Source: Nemertoderma westbladi (taxonomy: Eukaryota > Animalia > Xenacoelomorpha). From it: a stretch of DNA of 62,079 nt. Each line of letters begins with the position of its first letter. Position 1 is the stretch's first letter. The notes under the pieces are model-generated. The model searched no databases, was not told the origin of the DNA, and saw nothing but the letters and a program-made list of their open reading frames with translations. The position numbers and the translations under genes were made by a program. The stretch is taken from NCBI GenBank assembly GCA_032718475.1, contig JAUCBJ010003609.1, positions 1 through 62,079 of the forward strand. The letters are read 5' to 3'. This document shows, one piece after another, positions 13,401 through 26,213 of the stretch.

Positions 13401-14400
13401 ACAACACGTATACCTTGGTACACTACCTTGCTACACAACACCTATACCTTGGTACACTACCTTGCTACACAAAATGTATACCTTGGTACACTACCTTGCT
13501 ACACAACACGTATACCTTGGTACACTACCTTGCTACACAAAACGTATACCTTGGTACACTACCTTGCTACACAACACCTATACCTTGGTACACTACCTCG
13601 GTACACTACCTTGCTACACAACACGTATACTTTGGTACACTACCTTGCTACACAACACGTATACCTTGGAACACTACCTTGCTACACAACACGTATACCT
13701 TGGTACATTACCTTGCTACACAACACCTATACCTTGGTACACTACCTCGGTACACTACCTTGCTACACAACACGTATACCTTGGTACACTACCTTGCTAC
13801 ACAACACGTATACCTTGGAACACTACCTTGATACACAACACGTATACCTTGGTACACTACCTTGCTACACAAAACGTATACCTTGGTACACTACCTTGCT
13901 ACACAACACGTATACCTTGGAACACTACCTTGCTACACAACACGTATACCTTGGTACACTACCTTGCTACACAAAACGTATACCTTGGTACACTACCTTG
14001 CTACACAAAACGTATACCTTGGTACACTACCTTGCTACACAACACGTATACCTTGGTACACTACCTTGCTACACAACACGTATACCTTGGTACACTACCT
14101 TGCTACACAACACGTATACCTTGGTACACTACCTTGCTACACAACACATATACCTTGGTACACTACCTTGGTACACAACACGTATACCTTGGTACACTAC
14201 CTTGCTACACAACACGTATACCTTGGTACCTACCTTGCTCCAACACGTATACCTTGGTACACTACCTTGCTACACAACACCTATACCTTGGTACCTACTT
14301 GCTACACAACACGTATACCTTGGTACACTACCTTGCTACACAACACGTATACCTTGGTACACTACACTACCTTGATACACAACACATATACCTTGAAAAT
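4422..14400. repeat. 34-bp satellite (TACACAACACGTATACCTTGGTACACTACCTTGC), ~290 copies
   Basis: Direct tandem periodicity. The unit is 13-bp + 21-bp subrepeats sharing TACCTTG(G/C)TACAC, and it degenerates at 14200-14465. Confidence 0.99.
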
Positions 14401-14714
14401 GTAACCAATGTATGGTACACAAAATGTATACCTTGAACCCATGTATACCTAGGATGTCTACCTTGGATAGCATTTAGCGTTACTTCGCTTATAAAACTTT
14501 TAGACTTGAGTATATTATTTATATATTTTGGCCAGATCTGGAAAGAGCTCAAAAAGACGATTCCAATGGTATATAATATATTGGGGTTCGGTAAGAAATA
14601 AAAAAATATATATTTAGCAACGCTTTGAGCCACGTTTATTGATCAACGACCTTATAAATTAAATAATTTTTGTTACATCCACATGGTATGATTTGATCTT
14701 TACCCGACACTCAC

Positions 14715-16422
14715 CTCTAGTATTCTGGGATCCAGTAACCCCAACGAGGATTCCTCCGTCGCTATACTGTCTTCAAATTCCGAGAGAAACGTTGGGAATT
14801 CTGGGAGACAAGAATCGTTGGAGTTATCCTCAAAATCCCAGAGAATTCCAACACCAGACGCGGTTGGTGCAGTATCCATGGCTACATCAGTATCCATGGT
14901 CACCGCATTGGGATTCACTGAACACAGATCTGACAATGTTGGCACAGAAATTATCGCCGAGGATGAAGAGATCTGCGATTCAGATAACTTAGTAAAGGTT
15001 TCTTCCACCACGATTGACGTCTTTGTTGCATTTAAAGGTCTCGAGATAATTTGTTCAACTGTAGTAGATGTCAGTAAATTATAATAAGTTTCTTTAACTG
15101 ATTCAACGGCCACAGAATTATTTATCTCTGGAGGCGAATCGCATACTAATTTATTAAAAGTTACTTCGCAGTAATGTGGAGGATCTATATGGGATTGAGT
15201 TAGTTTCTGTGGAGTTTCCATATGTTTATCGAATGTTGTGTTATTGGATTGGGGTGTTTCGAGATCTTTATTAAAAGTTTGTTCGCCTTGTAGAAGTTGC
15301 GTCTCTGTGTGTTTATTAAAAGTTTGTTCGCCTTGTAGAAGTTGCGTCTCTGTGTGTTTATTAAAAGTTTGTTCGCCTTGTAGAAGTTGTGTCTCTGTGT
15401 GTTTATTAAAAGTTTGTTCGCCTTGTAAAAGTTGCGTCTCTGTGTGTTTATTAAATGTTGGTAGCGACGTTTCAACCAGATTCGAAAACGTAACATCTCG
15501 GATCAAATCCTCAGAAGATTCCGGCGTTTTAATAAAAGTAAAATTAGTTTCAGGGGCAACCAGAGGAGTGCTTGTGAGGTAGGTTGGGTCAGTGTGACGT
15601 GGCCCGTCTGCCAGTCTGAGAGGACACGGTGTGGTGTACTTACTGGCCGTTCTATTGGTCAGGGGATTCGCGCCTTTGTCTGGCAATAAAGGGGAAATCT
15701 TTCCGGAGTTCGGACTCATGATATTATGTTTGGGGTCGTCTTGTGGGAGTTGGTAACCGGAGTGCCTGTTGTAGACATGCGAGTATAATAAAGTGGTGGA
15801 AGAATCAATGTCTGATGAAGTAGAAACCTTAGAAGGTTCTAATTGGAATGTATTATTATTAAGTTTATTAGTTGTATTGGTGTTTGTAGGCGATCCTACA
15901 GTAACGCTTGCGATATACGGAGGAGCAGCTTTTATGATATACGAGTTATTATTATTTATATTATAACTAATTACAGATGTATTTGATTGGGGTAAGAAAT
16001 CTGGTTGACTTGAATGTGAAGCAATAATAGAAGAAGAAAAAGTTGAGTCTTTCAACTCGTTTAATATATTTGTTATTGCGGATTCCCTGTTAGTTGTAGA
16101 GACGTTGTTATTGGCGAAACGCAATCGTGTGTCCTCGTTGGAGAGGGAAACACTGCTGTTGTTGGTTAAAGAGGTGCTACGGGTTGGGAGGGGGATGTGT
16201 GAGGAGGGAGAAGTTATATTGGATTCCTCTAAAGAGGAAATACAAGGAGGAATAATTGTTGTAGATTCGATAGAGTTACGGATGTCGGATTCCTCGGCAG
16301 AAACGGAATGTTTGACGGATGAAGAACTTGTGGTGCTACCTGTACCAGCTGCTCTGGTGGGGTCAGAGTTCTGTTTTGGTTTCTTCATTACGGGCAACAA
16401 ACTGCGACGAACTGGCAATTTG
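14715..16422 (-). CDS. Large internal coding exon of an unidentified S/T/N-rich, probably disordered protein
   Basis: 572-codon ORF bounded by acceptor ttttattttccag|C at 16423/16422 and donor GAG|GTGAGT at 14715/14714 (1708 bp). Confidence 0.65.
15268..15455 (-). repeat. 45-bp in-frame coding minisatellite x4 (TFNKHTETQLLQGEQ)
   Basis: Four near-identical 45-bp units that preserve the reading frame. Confidence 0.95.
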
Positions 16423-16693
16423 CTGGAAAATAAAATTATAAATAATTAGACCAACCGGTGCCGGTTGTAAATATTATCGACTTTACCAATATCGGCTCAA
16501 TGCAGTTTCCGGTACCCACACTTTTTCTTACTTGTACTGCAGTACTGTTGCTAACCACTTTCAGACAGTTACCGGTACACTGTCCTGTCATACTTTCATA
16601 GGCTATACCTATCATAACCATTTATTCTTGTAAAGATCAGAAGATGGTTTGGTTTATTATTTTGGTTAGGGTTAGTTGGTCAGGCTACAACCA

Positions 16694-16802
16694 TAATTAA
16701 AACTGTCATGTAACCCTAAGTAATAATCTAAGAATTTAGCCTTATGCCTTAAGGCACGCAGGGCCGTTATAATGGGTTAGGGTTACATGACAGTTTTAAT
16801 TA
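16694..16802. repeat. Perfect 26-bp inverted repeat with 57-bp spacer (mini-MITE/hairpin)
   Basis: TAATTAAAACTGTCATGTAACCCTAA at 16694-16719 and its reverse complement at 16777-16802. Confidence 0.85.
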
Positions 16803-17074
16803 GGGGTTGAGGCCGCCACTACTCTGCTACTGTAACCATCGAGTTTCATACAGTATATAAATCCGATGGCCGCCTGGGTACCCCAAACTGCAAACTGCAT
16901 ATTCCCCCAATATCAATCAACTTTCAAACAAATTAATAGCCACAAACACTAGTCTGCTAGTCTAGTTATATACTTATCTATCATACTACAGTAGGCCTAC
17001 TATACTACTGTACTACCCCCCCCCCCCCCCCCCCCCCCCCCCCAGGCATAGATAACGGCTGACGATGGACTATA

Positions 17075-18790
17075 TCAGTATATACAACCTGCGCTGCATC
17101 ATTGGGGAGAAACTGATCCATCATGCAGTTCCCCAGTCCACTGCTAGAGGGCCAAATACTCAAAATTTTTACCTTCGATATTTCGTATTTTATAATCGTT
17201 TTGATGTGACACCTGGCAATCATTATATTAATAATTAAGGTGCATAATACTAGCTCAGGCACATTTTCCATACAAAAACATGTAGTTTTAATCTCTGTTA
17301 AGAAATTTCAGATTATAACAGACTCAGCATATTATATGATGTTATCGACGCAGATTCCATTTTTGCCAAATCTAAGGCTGCCTGACTGGATTGTGAGATG
17401 GTTAGAGGGGTCTGGATCAAGCCTTTGCACGCCGGATAGAAATAATTATAGAACATAAGGGAACACACGAGAACACAGTTAGAACATAATTAGAATACAC
17501 CCCGAACATAGGCTAACACATGCACGCATTGCACACATTAATGCACGCCTGTAATATTGTTCTTCCAATGTGACTAAACAATTGTAGGATTCCTTATACA
17601 AGCAGCTACCTCATTTTGATTGATCTAGGATAAGTGACTTCACCTCTTCCATTGATGCATCCATAGGTCTATGTTTCATTTGACGACAAAAATTATTAGA
17701 GTTATTCTTCAAGGATCTTATAATTCTTAATACATCTCCAGATACCTTTTTATCAATTAGAGACAATATTAGGGGTGAGTACAAAATAAAGAACCAAGGC
17801 CCAATTAAGTAACCTGCATAATCTTGTAAAATGTGTTAACTTTCGTTTATTGTTTTGGTTCCGCCAACACGCTTCTGTAACCTGCTCCTTTACTAACTTG
17901 CTCCTTTAAATGGCAATGGGACTTAAAGCGACTTTACCTCTTTGTTTTGTACACTCTAGGGTCTTTGGTCTTAACATTAAAACTATAATTATTGCTAGCC
18001 CTAAAATTAGTTAGAATTAAAACCCAATAGCGCTCAAGGTCTACATTTGTAGACCAAAAGTAGGTGTTATAATTATTTATGTTGTTATGTTGTTACTCGA
18101 ACGGGTTTTTGAACAACACATTCGTAGCAAGAAATTGATGTATGCAAGCGCATACATCACTGAAACTGATCATTACACATCATCATTAAATAAATTTCCG
18201 TATTAAGAAAAAGAAAATGTCTTATACGAAGTAGAATCGAAAAATCTAAAATTTGTCTCTCCGGAGAAGCGCCATGCCCCTCTTGAAGCACCCCGTAAAA
18301 TGAACTCAATCTAACATTGGTGTATTTTCCTAGGAAGGCCATTTAATATATTTGTTTTAGGTTTTAGGGCCATATCTCCGTATTTCTAATTCAGGGAATA
18401 TTCTAAGGAAATCTTGATATCACACTTCAATTGGGATTTTGGTGGATATTATTTATTATATAATACAATAACTGCTGTAAACAACGGTATGGGAGGTATG
18501 AGGGGAGGGGGTTAACTATAATATGCTGAGCCTGATATAATCTGAAATTTACAGGTACAGAGATTATAAATGCACGTTTTTGAATGGAAAATGTGCCTGT
18601 GCTAGTATTATGCACCTTAATTATTACTATAATGATTGCCAGGTGTCACGTCAAAATGATTATAAAATATGAAATATCGAAGGTTTTAAATTTTGTGAAA
18701 TTTAAAACTGCATATAAAAAACTTAAAAATCTGCATAGGCCCTATGGATCAGTTTCTCCCCAATGATGCAGCGCAGGTTGTATTATAGTA
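17075..18790. repeat. Diverged ~260-bp inverted repeat pair (17075-17336 / 18518-18790), possible old TIR element
   Basis: CAACCTGCGCTGCATCATTGGGGAGAAACTGATCCAT and the adjoining ~200 bp recur in reverse complement. The ORF track shows matching MENVP.LVLC peptides on opposite strands. Confidence 0.75.
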
Positions 18791-20000
18791 TTGATTTCAC
18801 AAGTTTCAGCTTAACGTATCATAAATAACGAAACTGGAGGAGGATTTCACTTTACTATTATTACTTACTTTTATTATTAACTTATAAGGCAATGGGCAAA
18901 TGGCAAGGCAAGCAGTAGAAGCCACCTTTGCCTCACATCTCTGATTGTAATCCCAATTATCCTTCCCCCTGCCTTTTCCGTTTGACACATGTCTGTCTGC
19001 CAGTCTATTTCTGCCAATAGACATCAATAAAATTAATTTATGAATTTAGGGCCATATTTTATATTTTGATATTATAAAGGGGCCACTGTTAATAAATTTA
19101 ATATAATTAACTGTAGATTATGAACTCAATCTAACATGGGTGTATTTTCCTAGGAAGGCCATTTAATATATTTGTTTTAGGTTTTAGGGCCATTTCATAT
19201 CTCTGTATTTCTAATTCAGGGAATATTCTAAGGAAATCTTGATATCGCACTTCAATTGGGATTTTGGTGGATATTATTATTATATAATACAATAACTGCT
19301 GTAAACAACGGTGGGAGGTATGAGGGGAGGGGGTAACTATAATATGCTGAGCCTGATATAATTTGAAATTTACAGGTACTATAGTACTGATTTCACAAGT
19401 TTCAGCTTAACATATCATAAATAACGAAACTGGAAAAGGATTTCACTTTACGACCATAATAATTTAATGCCTTTTGTAAGCGGCTTACAAGCCACTTACG
19501 AACCGATTATTACTTACTTTTATTATTAACTTATAAGGCGATGGGCAAATGGCAAGGCAAGCAGTAGAAGCCACCTTTGCCTCACATCTCTGATTGTAAT
19601 CCCAATTATCCTTCCCCCTGCCTTTTCCGTTTGACACATGTCTGTCTGCCAGTCTATTTCTGCCAATAGACATCAATAAAATTAATTTATGAATTTAGGG
19701 CCATATTTTATATTTTGATATTATAAAGGGGCCACTGTTAATAAATTTAAAGTAATTAACTGTAGATTATCAACTCATCTAACATCGGGTGTATTTTCCT
19801 GGGAAGGCCATTTAATATATTTGTTTTAGGTTTTAGGGCCATTTCATATCTCTGTATTTCTAATTCAGGGCATATTCTAAGGAAATCTTGATATCGCACT
19901 TCACTTGGGATTTCACTTCACGATGGGCACTTCAGTGGATGTAGACCTATATTTTTAATTATATGATACAATAACTGTTGTTAACAACGGTGGGACTGGG
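18300..20000. repeat. Local tandem triplication (units start ~18300, ~19120, ~19770; last partial)
   Basis: AACTCAATCTAACAT..GTGTATTTTCCTAGGAAGGCCATTTAAT recurs three times; the MMSIGRNRL.. ORF is duplicated. Confidence 0.9.
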
Positions 20001-21051
20001 AAGTAACATCGGGGGGAGTAACATTGTGCCCGTGTGTGTCTGAGTCTGTATTCACAGAAATACTCAATATTCAAATCCCTTAACTTTTCCTAGAATTAAC
20101 ATACGTTTTTAATGACTAAATCTGAAACATTTTGAAATCTTAAACTATATTTGAAAGTTATTTTTTGTGGTACTAATTATCGTCTGGTGTGTTTAAAAAT
20201 GGCCGAACCAAATAATTAAAAAAATAGGCCACAAAATGGCACTCTGCTGTGGCCAAAAGTGCCTTTTTGTGCAAATGGTACTCTGAACAAGTGTCAACAT
20301 TTCTGAACAAATTTCAAATCATTCCAGAAAAAATCGGCGGAGAAATAGCCGATTTCATGACAAAATATAATTCTTAGTTAAAGGTGTTTAATATGTCGCT
20401 TCATTTCTAAATTTAATATGTAGTCTGCGAAAATAACAATATTACGATCCATCGGTAGTCTTATCTGCTTACATTTCATAATATCGATCTTACGATTTAT
20501 ATTTTCATTAACTTTTTTTATTTTCTGAATTTATTTACTATTTCTCACTGAAAGTGGACATGTTTATTGAATTTTAATAGCAGTAAAATGGCCTACTTTA
20601 GACCATGTACTTAAAAGGCCATTAAAAGGGATATGGCCCCTACAAAACAATGCCCCCTGCCCTAAAGGCCTGTTAACACGTGGCAACTTTTAGAGCAACT
20701 TTCTCGGCAACTAGCAATGTGTTTGGAGCAATTTAATTTAATCGCTGTTTAATGTTTACACGTGGCAACTTTACCAGCAACTTCACCAGCAAAGTGGCCG
20801 GAAACTTTTATAGCAACTTGGCTATTTTGACTGTAAAATAGTGGGTACTGGTTCAGTATGCATACACCTCTCACCAAATTAAATATTTACTAGCTAGTTT
20901 TTGATAATTTATTTTTTTTGAAATTTAGCCATTTTATTTTGAAAAAATTAATGTTCTAGAACAAATATTTTTTTAGACAAAGGCCTGGTTAGTATTTAAA
21001 AAGAACGGGATGGATATAATACGTATATAAAATGAATAAAATAACTTTTTA

Positions 21052-22647
21052 GGCCGCGTTCACACTACCGAGTCAAAGTCAAAGTTAACCCTATTAAACC
21101 TGGGGGGGAGGGGCCAATATGACCCCCCCCCCCCGTGGTTTTTTTATTATAATTCTGAAACAAACGCAGTTGGGAATCTGAAATTTTATGACTTTTCCTA
21201 AAAATCTATTGTATACCTATATCCTATTCCTAATATCCTATTTTTTATTTACACCAGTTTTTTGGTCTTAGCAATTGGATGGAATTCATATAAATTGATT
21301 TAGAAATTTCAAACTTGTTTTTTTCGGCGGGTGCCAAATTTTGGTGCCATCACCAAATTTTGAAATATGTAATTTTGGAAATTGATTGTTTGAAACTTGT
21401 TTTTTACGCAATTGGGGTTTTTTGGGGTTCTGGTTTCGATGAAATATATACGAGTTGCACCAAGCGTATCAAACTTGTATTTTTCGGTGCTGTGTGCAAA
21501 TTTTGGTGCTAGCACGAAATTTTGGAAATCCATTTAATAGATAAAATTGCTTGTGACAATTTATTTCTTGCATTTTAGAGGTTTATGGCTGTTCTGAATT
21601 CAATGGAATATATAATTATCGAACTAGACATCTTAAACTTGTATTTTTCGGAAGTGGGTGCAAAATGTGGTGCTAGCACCAAATTTTGAAAACCATCAAA
21701 TATATCAATTGATTGTGCCATCTTGTTTCTTGCGTAATACGGGTTTGTTAGGGTTCTGAATTCAATGGAAAGTGTAAAAATTTCATAAGAGTTTTCAAAC
21801 TTGTATTTTTCGCCGGTGGGTGAAAATTGTTGTGCCAGCACCAAATTTTGGAAAATGAGTAAATTGATCAGTAGATAGTATCATCTTGTTTCTTGCGTTA
21901 TACGGGATTATGAGGGTCCTGAATCCGATGGAAAAACAGCACTGGACATCGCAAACTTGTACTTTTTGGTGATGGGTACGAAATTTGGTGCTAGCACCAA
22001 AATTTGTCAAATTACGCCGAAAAATACAAGTAGCAATGATCTGGCATATTTGAAATGTATTCCATTAGAATCAGCGCCCTAGAACACCTGAAAATGTGAT
22101 TTTATAGCATCATATAAGTGAATTAAAAATTTGTGTTCTAACTGAAAAGTGCTGGTTTCTTGTTTTTTCATTTTTTTCCTACGCAGAGAGGACTAAACAG
22201 CCATTTATGGTAATCATATCATTTTTAAATATTTTCCAATGTATTTTGCGCCCCAGAAAACCTATATTGAAAAACAATTAGCCGAAAAATGTAACTTTCA
22301 AATTTTGTGAAAATTGTGCACTACTTGTAATTTTGGTGCTGCAATATTACCACCCCAGTAAATTCAGACGTTTTCGTTAATATTTGTAGATTTTAGAGGG
22401 AAGGGTCAATATGACCCCCCCCCCCCCCCCCCCCCCCCGGTATTTGTACAGCATTTTATAGCCCGGTACTAATAGGGTTTTAAAAGACAAAATGTAAAAC
22501 ATATCACATGAAATTAATTTTTTCTAGAATGCTATTATGTATTATATTAGGCCTATATAATGTATTATTATTTATTATTGCTAGCTAGCTATATTTATTT
22601 TCTTTTGAATTTGACCTTGACTTTGACTCGGTAGTGTAAACGCGGTC
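21052..22647. mobile_element. PIF/Harbinger-type MITE (interrupted by a nested element)
   Basis: ~35-bp TIRs GGCCGCGTTCACACTACCGAGTCAAAGTCAA / TTGACTTTGACTCGGTAGTGTAAACGCGGTC, flanked by TTA on both sides. Confidence 0.8.
21089..22477. mobile_element. piggyBac-like non-autonomous element with internal ~162-bp tandem repeats
   Basis: TTAA|CCCTATTA ... TAATAGGG|TTTTAA termini, subterminal GG(C/T)CAATATGACCCCC motifs at both ends, and five AAACTTGTATTTTTCG..TTTTGGTGCTAGCACCAAA-type units at ~21310-22000. Confidence 0.7.
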
Positions 22648-22989
22648 TTAAAATTTTTGAAATTTTTCAATTAAATTATCATGATATCTAGTAAAATTTA
22701 TGGTAGCTAATAAATAATAAAAGCAATGATTAAAGTAATTTCAACAAGAAATTTTTTTTTTAATTTGTATTGTTTCACTAGCTAATAAAAAGTATTAGCT
22801 AACAGAAAATCAAAATTTCTAGCTACAATCTTACTGTCAAAATGTCAAATGTTCTAGAATAAAAACCTCATGATAAAAGCTATTTTTCAAAAGAAAAAAT
22901 TGGACTTCTGGATTTCTCTCACAAAAATACCGCTTTATCTAATACTGTTTAATTTAATTTGAATATATTTATAAAAACCTTTAAAAATG

Positions 22990-23400
22990 ATTGTCCCATG
23001 CAATACAATATTCCATTGGAGCCACTAAAATTCAAAATGACCTCTATTGGACACTGTTCATAAAGGGCCACCAAAAAATGAAATGGCTCTTACAAGACAT
23101 TGTCCATTAGAGCCACTTAAATATGAAATATATTTCATATATATTAGGCAATTTTCCCTTAAAGCCATTCAAATCTGAAATGGCCCATATTGGATAGAGT
23201 CGCTTGAAGCCACTCAACTATAATGTGGCCCGATATTAGCCAATTTTTATTAAACGCCTTTGAAAAGGCAATGGCCCATGCAAGACCATGTTCCTTTTGA
23301 GCCACTAAAGTTCGAAATGGCCTTAATTAGTCACTGTTCATAAAGGGCCACTAAAAAATATAATGGTTCTTACAAGACAATGTCCCCTTGGAGCCACCCA
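22990..23400. repeat. Degenerate GCCACT/AATGGCC short repeats, with an inverted counterpart cluster at 25060-25228
   Basis: Recurrent GGGCCAC/AAATGGCC motifs, and ACTGTTCATAAAGGGCCAC duplicated at ~23053 and ~23333. Resembles the subterminal repeats of a decayed DNA transposon. Confidence 0.5.
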
Positions 23401-23460
23401 AATGACAAATATTATTTAGATTATCTAAAAATAAAAAAAATAAAATGTTTGTTACAATAT

Positions 23461-24060
23461 ATTTTGTTACATTATGTCAACTTAACAGCGTTCTGGTGAA
23501 TTACTCATAACGCTGCAAAGTACTACTTTGCAGCGTTGCGGCCTATAGGACGGAACGTTGCAAAGTAATCAATGACATGGAAACAACTTCAATTACCGTA
23601 TTCCAGAATGTATTATTTCCATTTATGTTACTGATTGCAGCTTTATTATCCAATTTGCAGTGACGGGACTAGCTACTGGATGTAAATAATTGTTTAACAT
23701 GTACTGTAATCCATTATGGCGAAACGTCCAATAGAAGACACTAAATTAACCAAAGAAAGTGACGACAGTGTTCAGTAAAACTGTACGGACACAGACGGTG
23801 AATAAGTTTGCTTCAGTCGACTATAGTCAAGATGGATTAATGATTTATCACATCCAAGCAGGAGATAACTTCCAATAAACTTTAATTAGATTTAAATGTA
23901 TAATTAATACTGTGTACCAGTGTACCTGTTAATAAATTTCACTTATATTCGATACATGATTACATGGTTACGAGTACATGATTAAAATGTATAAATGAGC
24001 AACCATAAAATCCTTTCTTCACAAACCGAACGCTGATAAGTTGACATAATGTAACAAAAT
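23461..24060. mobile_element. MITE-like element with 33-bp inverted repeats
   Basis: ATTTTGTTACATTATGTCAACTTAACAGCGTTC (23461-23493) vs GAACGCTGATAAGTTGACATAATGTAACAAAAT (24028-24060). Superfamily not assigned. Confidence 0.6.
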
Positions 24061-25225
24061 TACATACATCATTGCTTTGCATAGGTCACTTTTCAGCGTT
24101 AAAGACCCTTGTTTATTGATGTAAACCTCCCTCGCTGCGCTCGCTCGGTACATAAATAGACTCGGGTCATAACGCTGCAAAGTGCTACTTTGCACACAAT
24201 GATGTAAATAGTTATTAGATTTAATTAATACGGGATAAAATTCACATTATATTTAATAGGCCTATAGATAATTGTTACATTAGGGTAAGAGGCAAAACGT
24301 CTACATTTATGTCTCCAATATATGAATTACTGGTGGGGGATGGAATTCGTAGGGGTCGTAAGATGTATTTAGGCTAGTCTATAAACTAATCCCCCACCAA
24401 TGACAAAATGTTAATAATGAAGTGTATAGTACGCGAAATAGTGATAAGTTATCCTTCCTAGAGGTACCGAACGGTCATACATTATTTCTTAAAAAAGCAC
24501 AAATTTTAATCGCTTGTCAGTGAGAATTTATTAAAACCTGTTGTTATTTACAGTATTGTTATTTACAATTTAACATATTTTGTTTGCACAAGTTTCGATC
24601 TTCAAACGGCTGAGACATCCAAATAGTGGCGCAAATTGACCATTAGTGAAAAGGTATTGTTTATTGTTTTGGGTAGAAAACACCGCCACTAATGTTTGAA
24701 ATTTAAATAAATTAATTTTTTAAATCATCTAAAAAACACATATTTTGTGTTTCCGGTCACTTTGCGCCATTAACTCGAGAAATCACATCCGCGTTTTTGA
24801 CTGTCGGTCATAAGTGATAATAATTATCTATAACGAAAGACTTAAAATCGTCTAAAAACTACTTATTGTACAACTCATAATCAGAAATTACACAAAAGTG
24901 AATTGTATGCGTTATTGTAGATATATATATTTTTTAAAATATCTGCAAAGGCATTTTTGGCTGTAGAATTAAATTGATAATAAATACTATTGTTTACCGC
25001 TAGGGGTGCAAGTTAAATTCATAAGAACTAAAGGCAATTTCCTTGTAATTGTTTATTTTGGGCCATTATGCCTAGATTGGGCCATTTTGTTCTAGGTGGG
25101 CAATATTTGCCCTAAGAGGACGTGTACCTTTTGGGCCATCGTAGTAGGATTAGGGCCATTGCTCCAAGCCCAAGGCCATTTAAGGGCCATTGGACCTTTA
25201 AAAGGTGGCCCTAATAGTGGGAAAG

Positions 25226-25227
<2 letters not shown>

Positions 25228-25264
<37 letters not shown>

Positions 25265-25270
25265 ATATAT
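25228..25270. repeat. (TA)n microsatellite
   Basis: Direct reading. Confidence 0.95.
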
Positions 25271-26213
25271 TTAAAGGTTATAGTAACGAACTTTTCTTAC
25301 CAAAACAAAACAATAAACGAAGAAAAGGGTTGGTTATTTACGTAGCGCATATAAACCTTTGGGAGTTAGTGTGGCGCCCTCGCTGTCTGATAGGTAACAG
25401 CCAAGACAGAGTCCGAGAAAGGGGGCTTCGGGGGGGCTCTGGTGTTTCGTGTTTCCAATGTTCAACAATTACTTTACTTTACCTTGGAGTAACCTTCAGA
25501 CCTTCCAAATTACAACTTTTTTTGTCAGATCGATCTCAAAACTAAGAAACGCATATAGCCGATTGTCTCAGTGGAAAGGGCCAGCGGTGAAAAATTACAT
25601 TCAAAGATCAACAAACTTCCCTACTTTATATGATATAGGCTTACAAAGACAAAAAACAAATTTTAGTAAATAAGCAGTGAGTCTGATCATGGGTAATTAA
25701 ACAAATTCTTACATAATATTTGGTTTATATTTTTCAGGTTAGAATAAAACAACCAAATTAAACCAATTCTTACTAAAAAAAATTTTGTTTTTTGGTCAGG
25801 TAAAAAAATAATAATAAATAAACAAACCAATTCGCCACCAAACAAAATAATGTGTAGGATCTTTCACCTTCAGGGTCTCCATACTTTTTCTATTATCACC
25901 ATCAATATTTTAGTTAGCACCTATAACCTATTATAATATACATACATCGATATTAAACTAGACTATGTGTATACATACCCAACACCACCCATCACCACTT
26001 ACAGTACCGGTACCTAATATAACAAAGTGAAATACAGAAACTAAACTAAAATACAACGGTACGATTAATATAATGCAGTAATGGCCTAATAATACAGTAA
26101 TAAAAACAGTCATAAAGTCACTCTCAAAGTCCCCAAATACAAAATATAAATGTTTAGTATTCGGCTCGACTGCGAATATCACAACCATTGAGCAAGGGTA
26201 GGCTGGCCTTTAT

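Noticed and set aside
4422-14400. CRISPR array
   Set aside because: The repeats are contiguous with no unique spacers, there are no cas genes, and the context is eukaryotic.
4316-14436. Giant ORFs (3171, 2283, 1644 aa etc.) as real genes
   Set aside because: The same peptide appears in all three frames and indels shift frames freely; this is a by-product of a stop-free 34-bp satellite.
17015-17043. Poly-C tract as a functional G-quadruplex or poly-Gly exon
   Set aside because: A simple homopolymer with no supporting context.
17550-17760. Possible transposase remnant between the inverted repeats
   Set aside because: Only a short, interrupted coding-like stretch with no recognisable catalytic motif.
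20663-20825. Harbinger-like end (AGGCCTGTTAACACGTGGCAAC) with GCAACTT repeats
   Set aside because: No matching second TIR was found, so the element cannot be delimited.
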